Source: Thermoplasmatales archaeon (GTDB lineage Archaea > Thermoplasmatota > Thermoplasmata > Thermoplasmatales > Thermoplasmataceae). From it: a stretch of DNA of 64,000 nucleotides. Positions within the stretch are counted from its first letter, which is position 1, and the number at the start of each line of letters is the position of its first letter. The notes under the pieces were generated by a model. It did not search any database. It was not told where the DNA came from and was given only the letters and a program-made list of their open reading frames with translations. The translations under genes were made by a program, and so were the position numbers. Positions 40,453 through 52,199 of this stretch are shown here, piece by piece. The stretch spans positions 96,001 to 160,000 of the forward strand of contig DAIDBH010000014.1 in the NCBI GenBank assembly GCA_027310185.1, in the 5' to 3' direction.

Positions 40453-41259
40453 GTGTATGATGATGACATCCATTTAGGCTGTTCTGGATGGAGTTACAGG
40501 AAATGGATTGGAAAATTTTATCCCGATGGTTCTCAGATGAATAAACTCCTCGCAATGTACTCAAAAACTTTTGATTGCGTGGAAGTTGATTCAACATTTT
40601 ACGGTACCCCAACAGTAGATACATTGTTATCATGGTATGAAACCACTGTTAAGAATTTTAAATTCTGTCCAAAACTTGACAGAACCATAACACATGTCAA
40701 TCTTCTTACTAATATTGATGATAAGCTTAGTTTATTCACTAGCAGGATAAAGATGCTTTCAGATAAATTAGGTCCGGTATTGATACAGCTTCCACCGTTT
40801 CTTAAGTCTGATCCTGAACTACTTCAGAATTTTATAGAAGTTCTGCCCCGCCATATTGAATTTGCATTTGAATTCAGGGATAATTCATGGCTGAATGATA
40901 GAACGGAATCTATTCTTCAAAGCTATAACATTACAACTGCGTGGTCAGATTCCCCCTTCACGAGGAAACTGTTCTGGGACACGGGCAATTTTATCTACCT
41001 GAGACTTGTTGGAGATAGAAGTATCCCGGAAGATTCATTTGGAACAATTCAAAGGATTAAAGATAGTGATATAACAGGATGGGCTGAGATAATAAGGAAA
41101 AGCGAAGGAAAAACAGCATATATATTTGCAAATAATCATTATGAAGGCTTCTCTCCCCACACAGTGGATCTGTTTAAAGAAAAATTGGGTATAAACAGCT
41201 CAGGATGGCCAATATATCATAAAGACGATAGAAAAGACAGACAGACTACTCTTTTTTAA
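40453..41259 (+). CDS. DUF72 (YecE) family protein
   Basis: GCSGWSY, VEVDSTFY, LIQLPP, AFEFR, YLRLVG, FANNHYEG. Confidence 0.93.
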   Translation: MYDDDIHLGCSGWSYRKWIGKFYPDGSQMNKLLAMYSKTFDCVEVDSTFYGTPTVDTLLSWYETTVKNFKFCPKLDRTITHVNLLTNIDDKLSLFTSRIKMLSDKLGPVLIQLPPFLKSDPELLQNFIEVLPRHIEFAFEFRDNSWLNDRTESILQSYNITTAWSDSPFTRKLFWDTGNFIYLRLVGDRSIPEDSFGTIQRIKDSDITGWAEIIRKSEGKTAYIFANNHYEGFSPHTVDLFKEKLGINSSGWPIYHKDDRKDRQTTLF

Positions 41260-41410
41260 TCCGATTTGAAGATAAAAACTATGTGAAAAAACATCCTGGG
41301 TCTGATGTCACTTAATCCATATTAATTATATTAGGTAATTTCCTTTTAAAAGCAAGTAATATTTTATTTTAAGACTCTAAAATTATATAGTGATTTGTCC
41401 TTATAGAAAT

Positions 41411-43654
41411 ATGTCAGGTTCTAATACAGAAGGAATCACCTTAAGGGTTGCAGAGGCTAATTCTACGGATCCTGGAATGTCCAGAGTAAGACTGGACGAG
41501 GACTCAAGATTCCAGTTAAATGTGGAAATTGGGGATGTAGTAGAGATTGAAAAGTCCAAGAGGACTGTCGGAAGAGTGTTCAGAGCAAGACCTGAAGATG
41601 AAAACAAGATGATTGTGAGGATAGACAGTGTAATGAGAAATAACTGTGGTGCCTCAATCGGTGATAAGGTAAAAGTCAAAAAAGTAAAGACGGATATAGC
41701 TACAAGAGTTGTTCTTGCACCAATTATAAGAAAGGAACAGAGACTGAAATTTGGTGAAGGAATCGATGATTTTGTTCAGAGAGCCCTCATAAGAAGGCCA
41801 ATGATAGAACAGGATAATATAAGTGTTCCAGGCCTTACACTTGCTGGACATTCTGGCCTGTTATTCAAGGTTGTTAAGACAGTCCCTCCAAAGGTTCCAA
41901 TAGAAATTGGGGAAACTACCAAGATTGAAATAAGAGAGGAACCTGCGTCTGAAGTACTTGAGGATGTTTCAAGAATAAGTTATGAAGATATTGGTGGATT
42001 ATCAGACCAGCTTGGGAAAGTCAGAGAAATAATAGAATTACCACTCAAGCATCCTGAGCTATTTGAAAGGCTCGGCATAAGACCTCCGAAAGGAGTGCTG
42101 CTGTTCGGACCTCCTGGAACAGGAAAGACTTTGATTGCAAGGGCAGTTGCAAATGAATCAGGGGCGAATTTCTTCTCAATAAATGGACCGGAGATAATGA
42201 GCAAATACTACGGGCAGAGTGAACAGAAGCTTCGTGAAATATTTACAAATGCAGAGGAGAAGGAACCTTCCATAATCTTCATAGATGAAATCGACTCCAT
42301 AGCGCCAAAGAGGGAAGAGGTACAGGGTGAGGTGGAAAGAAGGGTTGTTGCCCAGTTGCTGACGCTTATGGATGGCCTGAAGGAAAGGGGACATGTAATC
42401 GTGATAGGAGCAACCAACAGGATAGATGCTGTTGATCCTGCCCTAAGGAGACCTGGAAGATTTGACAGGGAGATAAATATCGGTGTTCCGGACAAGAAGG
42501 GAAGAAAGGAGATCCTCACAATTCACTCGAGGGCAATGCCTCTGAACATGGATGAGGATTCAAAATCAAAATTCCTGGATGAAATTGCAGACATGACCTA
42601 CGGCTTTGTTGGAGCTGATCTTGCGGCACTGGCAAGAGAATCTGCCATGAATGCCCTCAGGAGATATCTTCCAGATATAGATCTTGATAAGCCAATACCA
42701 ACTGATATACTGGAAAGAATGGCGGTAGTTGAGGATGACTTCAGGGAAGCATTGAAACTCATAGAACCCAGCAGTCTTAGGGAAGTTATGGCCGAAATTC
42801 CAGATATTCACTGGGATGATATTGGCGGAATGGAAGATGTGAAGAGAGAATTGAGGGAAAGTGTTGAGCTTCCACTTCTAAAACCGGAAGTTTTCAAGAA
42901 ACTTGGTATCAGGGCACCAAAGGGCTTCCTGCTTTACGGACCACCTGGGGTTGGAAAGACCCTGCTTGCAAAGGCTGTGGCCAACGAGAGTAATGCAAAC
43001 TTCATTTCAGTCAAGGGACCTGAAGTGCTAAGCAAGTGGGTAGGAGAAAGTGAAAAAGCGGTCAGGGAGATATTCAAGAAGGCAAAACAGGTTGCACCCT
43101 CAATTGTTTTTCTTGACGAAATCGATTCCATTGCCCCTAGAAGAGGGGGTGGAGGAGATTCAGGAGTTACAGAAAGAATCGTCAATCAGCTGCTCACCTC
43201 CATGGATGGTGTTGAGGTACTGCAGGGAGTGGTTGTGATTGGCGCAACGAACAGGCCGGATATTCTGGACAGTGCACTCATAAGGGCAGGCAGGTTTGAT
43301 AAGATGATATACATACCTCCACCTGACAAGGAGGCAAGATTGAAGATCCTTCTTGTGCATACAAGGAATATGCCCCTAGATAAGGATATCAATCTACAGA
43401 AGATCGCAGAAGCAACTGAAGGGTATGTTGGTGCTGATCTTGAGAATCTCTGCCGTGAAGCGGGAATGATGGCATACAGGAACGATCCTGAGGCATCTCT
43501 GGTTTCAAACAGTGATTTCACGAAGGCAATGAAGGTCATAAAGCCCTCAGTGGACCAGGAAGTGATCAATTTCTATGAGAACCTGGCTAAGAATATTGGA
43601 AAGAGTGTCAAGGAAAGAAGAAAACAGGTAGAGGAATCCGGACTCTACAATTAA
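41411..43654 (+). CDS. vat: VCP-like ATPase VAT (Cdc48/p97 family)
   Basis: [20 protein letters not shown]-domain; two AAA modules ([27 protein letters not shown]). Confidence 0.97.
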   Translation: MSGSNTEGITLRVAEANSTDPGMSRVRLDEDSRFQLNVEIGDVVEIEKSKRTVGRVFRARPEDENKMIVRIDSVMRNNCGASIGDKVKVKKVKTDIATRVVLAPIIRKEQRLKFGEGIDDFVQRALIRRPMIEQDNISVPGLTLAGHSGLLFKVVKTVPPKVPIEIGETTKIEIREEPASEVLEDVSRISYEDIGGLSDQLGKVREIIELPLKHPELFERLGIRPPKGVLLFGPPGTGKTLIARAVANESGANFFSINGPEIMSKYYGQSEQKLREIFTNAEEKEPSIIFIDEIDSIAPKREEVQGEVERRVVAQLLTLMDGLKERGHVIVIGATNRIDAVDPALRRPGRFDREINIGVPDKKGRKEILTIHSRAMPLNMDEDSKSKFLDEIADMTYGFVGADLAALARESAMNALRRYLPDIDLDKPIPTDILERMAVVEDDFREALKLIEPSSLREVMAEIPDIHWDDIGGMEDVKRELRESVELPLLKPEVFKKLGIRAPKGFLLYGPPGVGKTLLAKAVANESNANFISVKGPEVLSKWVGESEKAVREIFKKAKQVAPSIVFLDEIDSIAPRRGGGGDSGVTERIVNQLLTSMDGVEVLQGVVVIGATNRPDILDSALIRAGRFDKMIYIPPPDKEARLKILLVHTRNMPLDKDINLQKIAEATEGYVGADLENLCREAGMMAYRNDPEASLVSNSDFTKAMKVIKPSVDQEVINFYENLAKNIGKSVKERRKQVEESGLYN

Positions 43655-43668
43655 ATTTTTAAGGGTTA

Positions 43669-43941
43669 ATGAATTATATTGCTATGACACTGAAAAGGTT
43701 GAAAAAGGTCTCAGGAAAATCCATAGCGACCAGTGATGGCAGGATAGTTGGAAGAATCGTTGATTTTATAACAGATGAGGGAACAGGAAGCATAATGGAA
43801 ATCCTCGCCGTTCCTGCACCCGGTAAGATTGAGAATCTGAAAAAGGACATGGATGGTAGATACATAATCCCATATTCCATTGTCAGGCCAGGACAGGATT
43901 TTCTTGTTGTGGATGCTGAAAAGCTTAGAAGATTAAAGTGA
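43669..43941 (+). CDS. PRC-barrel domain protein (CdpB-like)
   Basis: [27 protein letters not shown]...IIPYSIV..GQDFLVV. Confidence 0.85.
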   Translation: MNYIAMTLKRLKKVSGKSIATSDGRIVGRIVDFITDEGTGSIMEILAVPAPGKIENLKKDMDGRYIIPYSIVRPGQDFLVVDAEKLRRLK

Positions 43942-45171
43942 AGATGCAGTCGGGGCATACCTGAGGATCCCGGCAACTCCACCGAATGCCTTCTTGAGTG
44001 TACTGCCCTCATCACTTTCATCCCCGATTATTTCCACTGTTGCACCAGACTCTTCAGCCATTTTATATAGTTTTGTTATGTAGTCCTCCTCGTGATCCAT
44101 TTCCATGGGACCTCCACATTTAGGACATGTGTTATCTTCCGGTCTCTGCATGAATTCCTGTTCATAGCCACAGTTTGGACATTTGTAGAAGTACTTGGTC
44201 TTCCTTACACCATCAGATAGTAGGAGGAGATCAAGAGCCTTCCTCTCTAGTGCACTCTGGATCTGTGCTTCACCGTATACTGCCAGACCCTCATCACCCT
44301 TCCTCAGTTCCTTCATGAATCGGTTTACCAGGTCCTTTTCCCTTGTAATCTGAAGATCCTTCATGGATTCTGATGCTTTTTCCACCAGTTCCCTCAACCC
44401 TGATTCATCAGTGTATCCAACATCAAATAGATCAACCACCTTCCTTGTTATATCCTTGAACATATATTCGTTTTCAAAGAAGAAGTTCTTTGTTGAACCG
44501 GGTCCACCAATAAAAATACCTTTCATATCCCTGATTATGGGCATGAAAGTATTGTTGACTATGTCCCCAATCTTCTTGAAGTATTCATTGGCTGCTATCT
44601 CAATTAATCTTTCATATCGTCGCGATGACTGTCCACCCTGATGATGCTTGCTTGGAACGAGAGATTGCTCATTAGTTACGACCTGGATGTTGGTACCATT
44701 TAGGAATCCTATGGTTGCCTCCTTCCTGTCTATCACAATCAGTCCATATACCTCCTTGGCCTTCAACTGTGCCATTAGAGGCTCAGTATAGAACTGGGAA
44801 TCGCACTTATAGATGAATGTCTGTATGGGTTCTGGAGGTTCCACTATCTGGCTGTACATTTCGGTCTGGTCACCTCGCTTCTGAACATGTCCAACGAAGA
44901 ATACAAGACCGGTTTCAGGCGGCTGCTTGAAATATTTTAACTTTGACATTATGGACTCGATTGCACCCAGAACATTCTTTCTTGTTGATTTTGACTTAAT
45001 ATTGCTTGAAGTTGAGTATTCCTCCCTTAGATACTGTACTACATCATATATCATCTTGTCTGGTGGGATGTATAATGATATTAGCTCTGTTCCCCGTCCC
45101 TTTAGACCATCGAGTTCCTCCAGTGCTTTTTTGAATTCATATCTCCTTAACTGCTTTTCATCCGATGGCAT
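43933..45171 (-). CDS. prf1: Peptide chain release factor aRF1
   Basis: [38 protein letters not shown]. Confidence 0.98.
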   Translation of the reverse strand: MPSDEKQLRRYEFKKALEELDGLKGRGTELISLYIPPDKMIYDVVQYLREEYSTSSNIKSKSTRKNVLGAIESIMSKLKYFKQPPETGLVFFVGHVQKRGDQTEMYSQIVEPPEPIQTFIYKCDSQFYTEPLMAQLKAKEVYGLIVIDRKEATIGFLNGTNIQVVTNEQSLVPSKHHQGGQSSRRYERLIEIAANEYFKKIGDIVNNTFMPIIRDMKGIFIGGPGSTKNFFFENEYMFKDITRKVVDLFDVGYTDESGLRELVEKASESMKDLQITREKDLVNRFMKELRKGDEGLAVYGEAQIQSALERKALDLLLLSDGVRKTKYFYKCPNCGYEQEFMQRPEDNTCPKCGGPMEMDHEEDYITKLYKMAEESGATVEIIGDESDEGSTLKKAFGGVAGILRYAPTASSL

Positions 45172-45208
45172 GTATGAGAAAATTTATAATACTATATAAC
45201 TTTGATGA

Positions 45209-45898
45209 ATGAATTTCATGGAATCGTTTGTTGTTTCTGTTGGAGGGTCAATGATTAACCCTTCATCAGTTGATGTTGAATACATCAAGGAATTTTCAAA
45301 AATAATAAAAAGTGTGGATGCACCAAAGATAGGTATTGTTGTTGGAGGAGGTCAGACCGCAAGGACTTATGTTAATTCAATGAAGAATTTCACTGATAAT
45401 GATTTCTTCCTGGATGAGATAGGCATAATGGCTACCAGGCTAAACGCAAAAATAGTTAAATCGTCCATAGGCAAGCTGGAATTAAATATTCCTGAGGACG
45501 TTAACGAGGCAGTGAAACAGCTGCTTATAGAGGACCGCATAGTTATGGGTGGAACTGTTCCAGGACATACAACTGATACAGTTTCAGTACTCCTTGCAGA
45601 GGCTGTCGGGATTAAAAAGGTGTACAACCTTACTTCAGTGGACATGGTTTATGAGGATGATCCAAAGAAGAATCCTCATGCGAAGGCGATTGAAAGAATG
45701 AACTATAAGGAGGCATTCTCAATCTCCCTAAAGAGTTATACGGGGGCCGGAAGTAACCAGTTCATGGATTCTGTTGCACTGCTGATTGCAATGAGGTCTG
45801 GCATAGAAATAGATCTGATGCACGGAAAAGATCTTAATAATTTTAAAAATGCGTTAAAGGGTGAAAAATTCAGGGGAACAAGAATATTGGCTGATTAA
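45209..45898 (+). CDS. pyrH: UMP kinase
   Basis: SVGGS, VVGGGQTAR, DEIGIMATRLNA, GGTVPGHTTD. Confidence 0.95.
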   Translation: MNFMESFVVSVGGSMINPSSVDVEYIKEFSKIIKSVDAPKIGIVVGGGQTARTYVNSMKNFTDNDFFLDEIGIMATRLNAKIVKSSIGKLELNIPEDVNEAVKQLLIEDRIVMGGTVPGHTTDTVSVLLAEAVGIKKVYNLTSVDMVYEDDPKKNPHAKAIERMNYKEAFSISLKSYTGAGSNQFMDSVALLIAMRSGIEIDLMHGKDLNNFKNALKGEKFRGTRILAD

Positions 45899-46821
45899 CC
45901 GATCAGCCTGTCAGCAAATGTTTTCTCAGCATCTACTACTGTATACCCATCCGCTGTTGATATTCTCTGCTCTGCAGGAACGATTTCAAGGTAGTTTGGA
46001 ACGTTTTTGCTGATCCTTACAGGGAAGGATTCTATGGCAGTATTCTGGTAGAATATACCTGTAGGAATCCTGTCTCCCCACTCCTGAGCTCTCGCCATTG
46101 ATCTTGCAAATATCTGATCGGCATCCTTCACATTGTCCTTTGTTACAACAGGGTTCCAGTCCTTTTCATCTTCCATCTTATAGACTCTATCCTTGTACCA
46201 CTCCATGGAGTTTATGTTGTTGTAGGTTGGGCATGGCTGAAGAATATCAATTACAGCTGAGCCTGGATGACTCATTGCCTTCTTTATGATTTCCTTCAAC
46301 TGCTTCATGTCAAATGAGAAACCTCTTGCAACGAAGCTGTATCCTGCACTCAATGCAAGTGAGATTGGATTCAATCTTGTGAAAATATTGGGTCTTGAAA
46401 GACTCTTTGTCTTTTCCCCAAGTGGCATGGTTGGTGCCGCCTGTCCCTTAGTCAGTCCGTATACCTCATTGTCATATATCATGATTGTGAGTCCGGTGTT
46501 CCTTCTGCCTTCTGCTACCAGATGGCCTGCTCCGATACCCATTAAATCACCATCACCACCGGTTACAAGCACTTTCAGGTTTGGGTTCGACAGCTTGACA
46601 CCCGTAGCAAATGGAATGGCTCTTCCGTGCAGTGTATGCACTCCACCCACATTGATATAGTGAGGTGTCTTTCCAGAACATCCAATTCCCGATACCATAA
46701 CTACCCCAAGGGGGTCCAAGTTCAATTCTGCCATTGACTGCTGTATGGATGTGAGTATACCGAAGTCACCACATCCCGGGCACCAGTCCACGGTCAGGTC
46801 TGTTTTAAAATTATGCGCCAT
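45895..46821 (-). CDS. 2-oxoacid:ferredoxin oxidoreductase beta subunit
   Basis: WCPGCGDFG, SGIGCS, HGRA, GGDGD, YGLTKGQ, QPCPTYN. Confidence 0.96.
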   Translation of the reverse strand: MAHNFKTDLTVDWCPGCGDFGILTSIQQSMAELNLDPLGVVMVSGIGCSGKTPHYINVGGVHTLHGRAIPFATGVKLSNPNLKVLVTGGDGDLMGIGAGHLVAEGRRNTGLTIMIYDNEVYGLTKGQAAPTMPLGEKTKSLSRPNIFTRLNPISLALSAGYSFVARGFSFDMKQLKEIIKKAMSHPGSAVIDILQPCPTYNNINSMEWYKDRVYKMEDEKDWNPVVTKDNVKDADQIFARSMARAQEWGDRIPTGIFYQNTAIESFPVRISKNVPNYLEIVPAEQRISTADGYTVVDAEKTFADRLIG

Positions 46822-48715
46822 GTTTCAACACCTTCTCAACTTTTGTCTCCTTATTATTAATTATCTCCCTGGAGGCTGATAGAATTTCGTCCTCTGTCAT
46901 ATGCCTCCCATTATATTTCAATATCCTGTTTTCTATCTTTATTCCCGTCTTTGACATTACTACCTCTGCAAGCTGCCCGAGGAAATTGCTTTCCACATCT
47001 ATTATTATCCTTGCTTTTGAAAGTGTGTCCTTAACGAAATTCGTCGGGAATGGGATGAACATTTTTATGTATAGCAGGTTTGCCTTGATTCCCTCTTCTG
47101 CAAGCAGGTCAATGACATCCAGTATAGGTCCTTTCTGGCTTCCCCAGGTAACAAATGTTACGTCTGCGTTCTTGTCTCCATACAGGATTGCCTTATCTTC
47201 AAGCGGAATTTCCGAATCAGCTGTCTGCAGTTTGGTGAAACGTTTCACCATCATCTTGTCTCTCACGTCTGAGTCTTCAGTAACGTGTCCCAGTTCATCG
47301 TGCTCATCGCCGGTCATCCAGAATATATCCTTACCGAATGCACCGAGATTTGAAATTCCATTTTTTGTGTCCAGATTGTATCTCTTGAAATCCAGCCCAT
47401 GCACATCAAATTTCATAGCATTCACCGGTACCTTCTTTCCGTCTATATGTGTGATGAAGTCAGACGTGTTTGCGAGATTCTTGTCTATGAGATGGATAAC
47501 AGGCATCTGGTATCTCTGTGCATAATTCAATGCGTTCATTGAATCGTATATGCATTCTTCCACATCGCCTGATGCAAGTACTATTCTTGGAAATTCACCG
47601 TGACCTGTATTCATTGCAAATAGAAGATCAGACTGTCCGTTCCTTGTTGGAAGACCGGTGCTCGGTCCGCCTCTCTGATACAGTGTTACAACAAGAGGGA
47701 CTTCATCCGTGCCTGCAAATGAGAAACCTTCTGCCATAAGTGAAAAACCAGGTCCACTGGTTGCAGTAGAGGTTCTGGTTCCTGTCAGGGCAGCCCCGAT
47801 GGCCATGGTAATTGCTGCAATTTCATCTTCTGTCTGAACTACAACAATTCCGCCTTCCTTCAGTTTGGTAGCTTCTGTATCTATCCATTTTATGTAGTTG
47901 TGCTCTTCCATTATGGTGCTCTCATCACTTGCTGGTGTAATCGGGTAGTAGGTCTGAAGCCTGAGACCGCCCATCATCTTACCGATGGCGGCTCCATCAT
48001 TTCCAGTCAGCATGAATCTTTTTGGGTGATCAAGATCTGGAAGCGTTTCGCCTGCAAGCTTATTTTCGCTGCAATATTCATATGCTGCCTTTACCACAGC
48101 TATGTTTTCCTCAATTATGCTGTCCTTTCCTGCGAAGACGATTCTAATGCTATCGTTCATATGTTTTATGTTAACTCCAGAAATAGCAAGTGTAAGGGCT
48201 GCTCCAAGTGTGTTGAAGTATCTTGAAGGAACTCCACCTGATATGGCTTTCTGAACAACTGAATTAAATGGTACCGGGATGGGAATTGCTCCTCTAGCTT
48301 TCATCCATGAAATCGCACCAGCGATGGTGTTTGGGAAACTTTCATCTGTCAGAGTCTCCTGGATTTTCTTGGCTGTATCCCTCATTATCATCCTTGCCTG
48401 TGACAGTTCTGCCTTTTCTATTGCATTGTCATATATGATTTTCGTTCCCTGGCCAACATCTTCAAGATGCTCAAATATGCTATCCGGATCAAGAGCAACT
48501 AGAAAATCAATAGGATATTTCAGCGATCGTGGCCTTTCGGCCTTTATTCTTACGTGGGTATAACTGTGCCTTCCCTTGATGTTTGAGTGGTATTCTCTTA
48601 CACCAAAAACATAATAACCTGACTGTGCGAAGGCCCTGCTTATCATATTGGAGGATGTATCTATACCGCCACCCTGAGGGCCACCAACTGTTATGTTGAT
48701 GTCAACTTTTGTCAT
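46811..48715 (-). CDS. 2-oxoacid:ferredoxin oxidoreductase alpha subunit (gamma-alpha fusion)
   Basis: GGPQGGGI, YYPITPAS, EDEIAA, TSGPGFSLM, QRGGPSTGLPT. Confidence 0.96.
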   Translation of the reverse strand: MTKVDINITVGGPQGGGIDTSSNMISRAFAQSGYYVFGVREYHSNIKGRHSYTHVRIKAERPRSLKYPIDFLVALDPDSIFEHLEDVGQGTKIIYDNAIEKAELSQARMIMRDTAKKIQETLTDESFPNTIAGAISWMKARGAIPIPVPFNSVVQKAISGGVPSRYFNTLGAALTLAISGVNIKHMNDSIRIVFAGKDSIIEENIAVVKAAYEYCSENKLAGETLPDLDHPKRFMLTGNDGAAIGKMMGGLRLQTYYPITPASDESTIMEEHNYIKWIDTEATKLKEGGIVVVQTEDEIAAITMAIGAALTGTRTSTATSGPGFSLMAEGFSFAGTDEVPLVVTLYQRGGPSTGLPTRNGQSDLLFAMNTGHGEFPRIVLASGDVEECIYDSMNALNYAQRYQMPVIHLIDKNLANTSDFITHIDGKKVPVNAMKFDVHGLDFKRYNLDTKNGISNLGAFGKDIFWMTGDEHDELGHVTEDSDVRDKMMVKRFTKLQTADSEIPLEDKAILYGDKNADVTFVTWGSQKGPILDVIDLLAEEGIKANLLYIKMFIPFPTNFVKDTLSKARIIIDVESNFLGQLAEVVMSKTGIKIENRILKYNGRHMTEDEILSASREIINNKETKVEKVLKHGA

Positions 48716-48837
48716 CTGTATAGGTATCGATTCTTAATTAAAATAGTTAATTAGAGTAGTTAAGAAATATGGTTTTCAGAATTTTTTTTATTTTCCCAGA
48801 TATAATTACCTGATTCATAAATTAATTATTCGTTGAT

Positions 48838-49395
48838 GTGATAGGCTTTTTCATGCTTATTGTTACTGGCATGCCCGGATCAGGGAAGGATGAATTTATA
48901 AAAGTCGCCAAAAGTATGGGTTGGAAGGATTATCATATGGGTGATGTGGTAAGAAGATATGCAGGCATGAATAATATTGGGAACACTGATAAGGAAATTG
49001 GAACGTTTGCAAACAGGGAACGGGAATTGCATGGAAAGGATATCTGGGCTGTTCGCCTCTCAGAAGACATAAAGGATTATAAGAAGGTCATTGTTGATGG
49101 ATTGAGAAATATGGAAGAATTTGATTATTTCAAATCAAGATTTCCTGACCTTGTATTGATCGGTATTCACACCGACAGGGAGGAAAGACTCAAAAGAATT
49201 CAGAAAAGAGGGAGACCCGATGATGCAAAGGTTCTTGACCAGCTTGTAAGCAGGGATGACAGGGAGTTATCTTGGGGTATAGGAAATGCCATATCTCTGG
49301 CTGAGTACATGATCGTGAATGATTCTACTCTTGAAGAATTTAAGGAGAATGCAAGAAAGCTTTTAATGCGCATAGAGAGTGAAAGGTATCAATAA
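48838..49395 (+). CDS. P-loop nucleotide kinase-like protein (UPF0200/COG0237, dephospho-CoA kinase-like)
   Basis: TGMPGSGK, MGDVVR, DGLR, RGRPDD, RELSWG. The start may be 48853. Confidence 0.85.
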   Translation: MIGFFMLIVTGMPGSGKDEFIKVAKSMGWKDYHMGDVVRRYAGMNNIGNTDKEIGTFANRERELHGKDIWAVRLSEDIKDYKKVIVDGLRNMEEFDYFKSRFPDLVLIGIHTDREERLKRIQKRGRPDDAKVLDQLVSRDDRELSWGIGNAISLAEYMIVNDSTLEEFKENARKLLMRIESERYQ

Positions 49396-50181
49396 TTATA
49401 TTCTCCTTGCATAGTCAGAAATTGCACCAAAAAATATCTTTCCTACTGGCTCGTTGTTCTCTCTCTTTCCCTTGGTGGAGAGCTGATACCTGTAAAATAT
49501 TCTTTCGGGATGGGGCATCAATCCCAGCACATTATCATAATGACCTGAAAGGCCAGCAATATTATCAGGAGAGCCATTTGGGTTCCATGGATAACCTGAT
49601 ATTTCCCCTTTAGGATCTACGTAAGTAAATATTGCCCTGCCGTTTTCCACATAATCTTTCTCAGTGGATTCTGTCCTGAATCTTATTCTTCCTTCCTTGT
49701 GCGCAACCGGAATCTCGAATACCTGATCACGTGAAATCTTTCCATCAAATATTTTATTCTTCCCGGAGTATTTCACCAACACAGTTCTGCATTCAAATCT
49801 GCCACTTTCATTCACATCCAGGGCAAGTTCCCTCTTCCCTATTTCAGATGATGTAAGACCCATCTCGGATATCACCTGGAACCCGTTGCATGTACCAAGG
49901 ACGGGCTTACCCTGTTCTATCATGCTTTCTATCTTCTTTCCTGCGGCAGTCTTCAGCCTGATGGCAAAAATAACACCTGCCCTCACATAATCTCCTGCTG
50001 AAAATCCTCCGGGGATAAATAATACCTGAAAGTCTTCCAGATCGACCTTGTTTTTTTCTATTTCGTGAATATGTACATAACTTGGATCAAGATTTGATTC
50101 CCTTAATGACCGGAGGGCTTCTGAGTCATTGTTTGTTCCCTCCATCCTCAAAACTGCTGCTTTGGGGAGATTACTGTCCAA
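49396..50181 (-). CDS. purQ: Phosphoribosylformylglycinamidine synthase glutaminase subunit
   Basis: GTNND, PGGFSAGDY, GTCNGFQ, AHKEG, NPNGS, MPHPER. Confidence 0.97.
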   Translation of the reverse strand: MDSNLPKAAVLRMEGTNNDSEALRSLRESNLDPSYVHIHEIEKNKVDLEDFQVLFIPGGFSAGDYVRAGVIFAIRLKTAAGKKIESMIEQGKPVLGTCNGFQVISEMGLTSSEIGKRELALDVNESGRFECRTVLVKYSGKNKIFDGKISRDQVFEIPVAHKEGRIRFRTESTEKDYVENGRAIFTYVDPKGEISGYPWNPNGSPDNIAGLSGHYDNVLGLMPHPERIFYRYQLSTKGKRENNEPVGKIFFGAISDYARRI

Positions 50182-50185
50182 GTGC

Positions 50186-50335
50186 CTACTGGCCTCCCCT
50201 TCTTTCTTTAGCTTTCATCCTCAGTCCTGTGTATCCACACTTCCTGCATTTTGTAGCTTTTACTGAGTTTCTTGCATCACATCTCATGCAAATTTTCTTG
50301 TTGAGTCTTCTCTCTATTGATTCTGCAAACGGCAT
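50186..50335 (-). CDS. rpl40e: 50S ribosomal protein L40e (not in ORF track)
   Basis: [49 protein letters not shown]. Confidence 0.96.
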   Translation of the reverse strand: MPFAESIERRLNKKICMRCDARNSVKATKCRKCGYTGLRMKAKERRGGQ

Positions 50336-50479
50336 TTTTATAACCTGATATTACCCCTATTGAATTCAACTTATAAACTCTTTGCGAACAGTGTGTTAGT
50401 TTTAGTGTCCCCCATGAGTAAATGGAATGGATACTTCAATCCATTTACCCTGAAGAATGAAGATCCTTTTATGTAGCAC

Positions 50480-52039
50480 CTATATGATCCTTGGAACAAT
50501 TATTTCTATCATCAGCATCAGAAGGATCAGTGTTGTAGTGAGTGAAAGAACTGCTGCTATATTCTTTTCATCGCGGAAGTATTTGAAACGTTCGTGTTTT
50601 GATGCTATCATTAGGGTATCTCTGAGGAATTGAGCACCGTCAAATATTGCAAGTGGCAGGGCGTTTGTTATTGCGAGCAGTATATTTACCCAGAATAGCC
50701 AGTATATTGTGTTCGTTGAAAACCAGAATGCTTCATATCCCAGTGGGACTGAATACAGGTGTGCAAAACTTGATGGCACAGGGGAAAGGCCATCAAACGG
50801 TAATGCAATTGATTCTATAGCTCCGTCAGGTCCTGATGTATACACCGAAGAACCGAAAACAAGAGATTTGTAATAGCTCATGGAAACAAGTCCAAGACCA
50901 CTATAAGTTATTCCAACACCGATGAAACTCTCATTTTTCATGGCGGATGTCAGCAACGCTGGGTCCTCTACCTGGTAGAATGAGTAAGTTGATCTTGTCT
51001 TGAACGATACTGTACTTACTATTCCACTGTGAGTGGAGGTGGTAAAATTTTCAAGCCCTACAGTTATTTCTGTTCCCGGACTTATTTTGTCAAGTATATT
51101 TCCAAGTACTGTTTCATTGTAAACTGTCTTGTTGTCTACAGAAATTATATAGTCACCAAGGCTTATGTTCTTGTAGGCAGGATATCCTTTATAAGTTGAC
51201 ACTACCTGAATTCCGGCGGGTATGGAGTAATTGAAAATTTTATGACCATTGTAAAAAGACGCATTTAACAGCGAACCGGGGGTGACTGAGCATGATGTTG
51301 TCAGATTGATCAGGCCGTTGCCTTTCATGTTGCCAGCGGATATAAGCTCACTTCCTGTGATATTATGAGGTGTTACGGTGTTTCCAGGATATGCTGCATC
51401 AACATATACACCAGGATATGTTTGAACAGCTGCATGAGACATGGCCAGAGACAGAAACAGGAAGCAGATGATTGCAATAACAAAGTTTACCGCAATTCCT
51501 GCAGCAACTATTCTTCTCCTGATTACAGGTGTCGTTTCAGTTATCTCTTTTTCATCGGGTTCAACAAATGCCCCAATCGGGACAACAAAGAGCATTAGGC
51601 CTACTGAATTGACCTTTATTCCGTGCTTTCTTGCAACAATTCCGTGGAACATTTCATGAATTACCAGAGAGATTGCAAAGGCTATGAGTCCATAAACAAT
51701 AGGTATTTCCGGATCTATTCCTGGAAGCGCAAGATATTCGGTAACAGGTATGTTTTCCTTGACCCTTGTTGTCAGTGATAATACTGTGCCCAGAACAAGC
51801 AGAACAATACCCATCCCAAATAATATGTAAACCAGTGGAATTGAAAGTCGTGAAAACAGTTTTGATTTTGAACTTCCCGCTATCTTGTCAAGTATGCCCC
51901 TGTTTTTCTTGACTTTAATGAGCAGTAATATACCACCCATTGTTTGAAAATGCTTACTCTTGTTTATTTTTGGTCGGAGAGCGATCATCGCTATGATCCA
52001 TATCAAAACTATGAGCAACCCTATCTCTAGATACGACAT
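50480..52039 (-). CDS. Site-2 protease (M50) with PDZ-like extracellular region
   Basis: HEMFHG, GAFVEPD, AAGIAVN, NALPLAIFDG. Confidence 0.93.
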   Translation of the reverse strand: MSYLEIGLLIVLIWIIAMIALRPKINKSKHFQTMGGILLLIKVKKNRGILDKIAGSSKSKLFSRLSIPLVYILFGMGIVLLVLGTVLSLTTRVKENIPVTEYLALPGIDPEIPIVYGLIAFAISLVIHEMFHGIVARKHGIKVNSVGLMLFVVPIGAFVEPDEKEITETTPVIRRRIVAAGIAVNFVIAIICFLFLSLAMSHAAVQTYPGVYVDAAYPGNTVTPHNITGSELISAGNMKGNGLINLTTSCSVTPGSLLNASFYNGHKIFNYSIPAGIQVVSTYKGYPAYKNISLGDYIISVDNKTVYNETVLGNILDKISPGTEITVGLENFTTSTHSGIVSTVSFKTRSTYSFYQVEDPALLTSAMKNESFIGVGITYSGLGLVSMSYYKSLVFGSSVYTSGPDGAIESIALPFDGLSPVPSSFAHLYSVPLGYEAFWFSTNTIYWLFWVNILLAITNALPLAIFDGAQFLRDTLMIASKHERFKYFRDEKNIAAVLSLTTTLILLMLMIEIIVPRII

Positions 52040-52199
52040 ACTTAAACTTCCGTATCCATGATGACAATCATTTCTAAATTACTTTTCCAAAAAGCGGGGT
52101 AAAGTTTTGTATATATTCCAAATTGCTCTTATACTATGGATTATATTTTTCACTAATGAATGTCCGAATTATTTTAATATGTCATTGTCATGAATCTTT

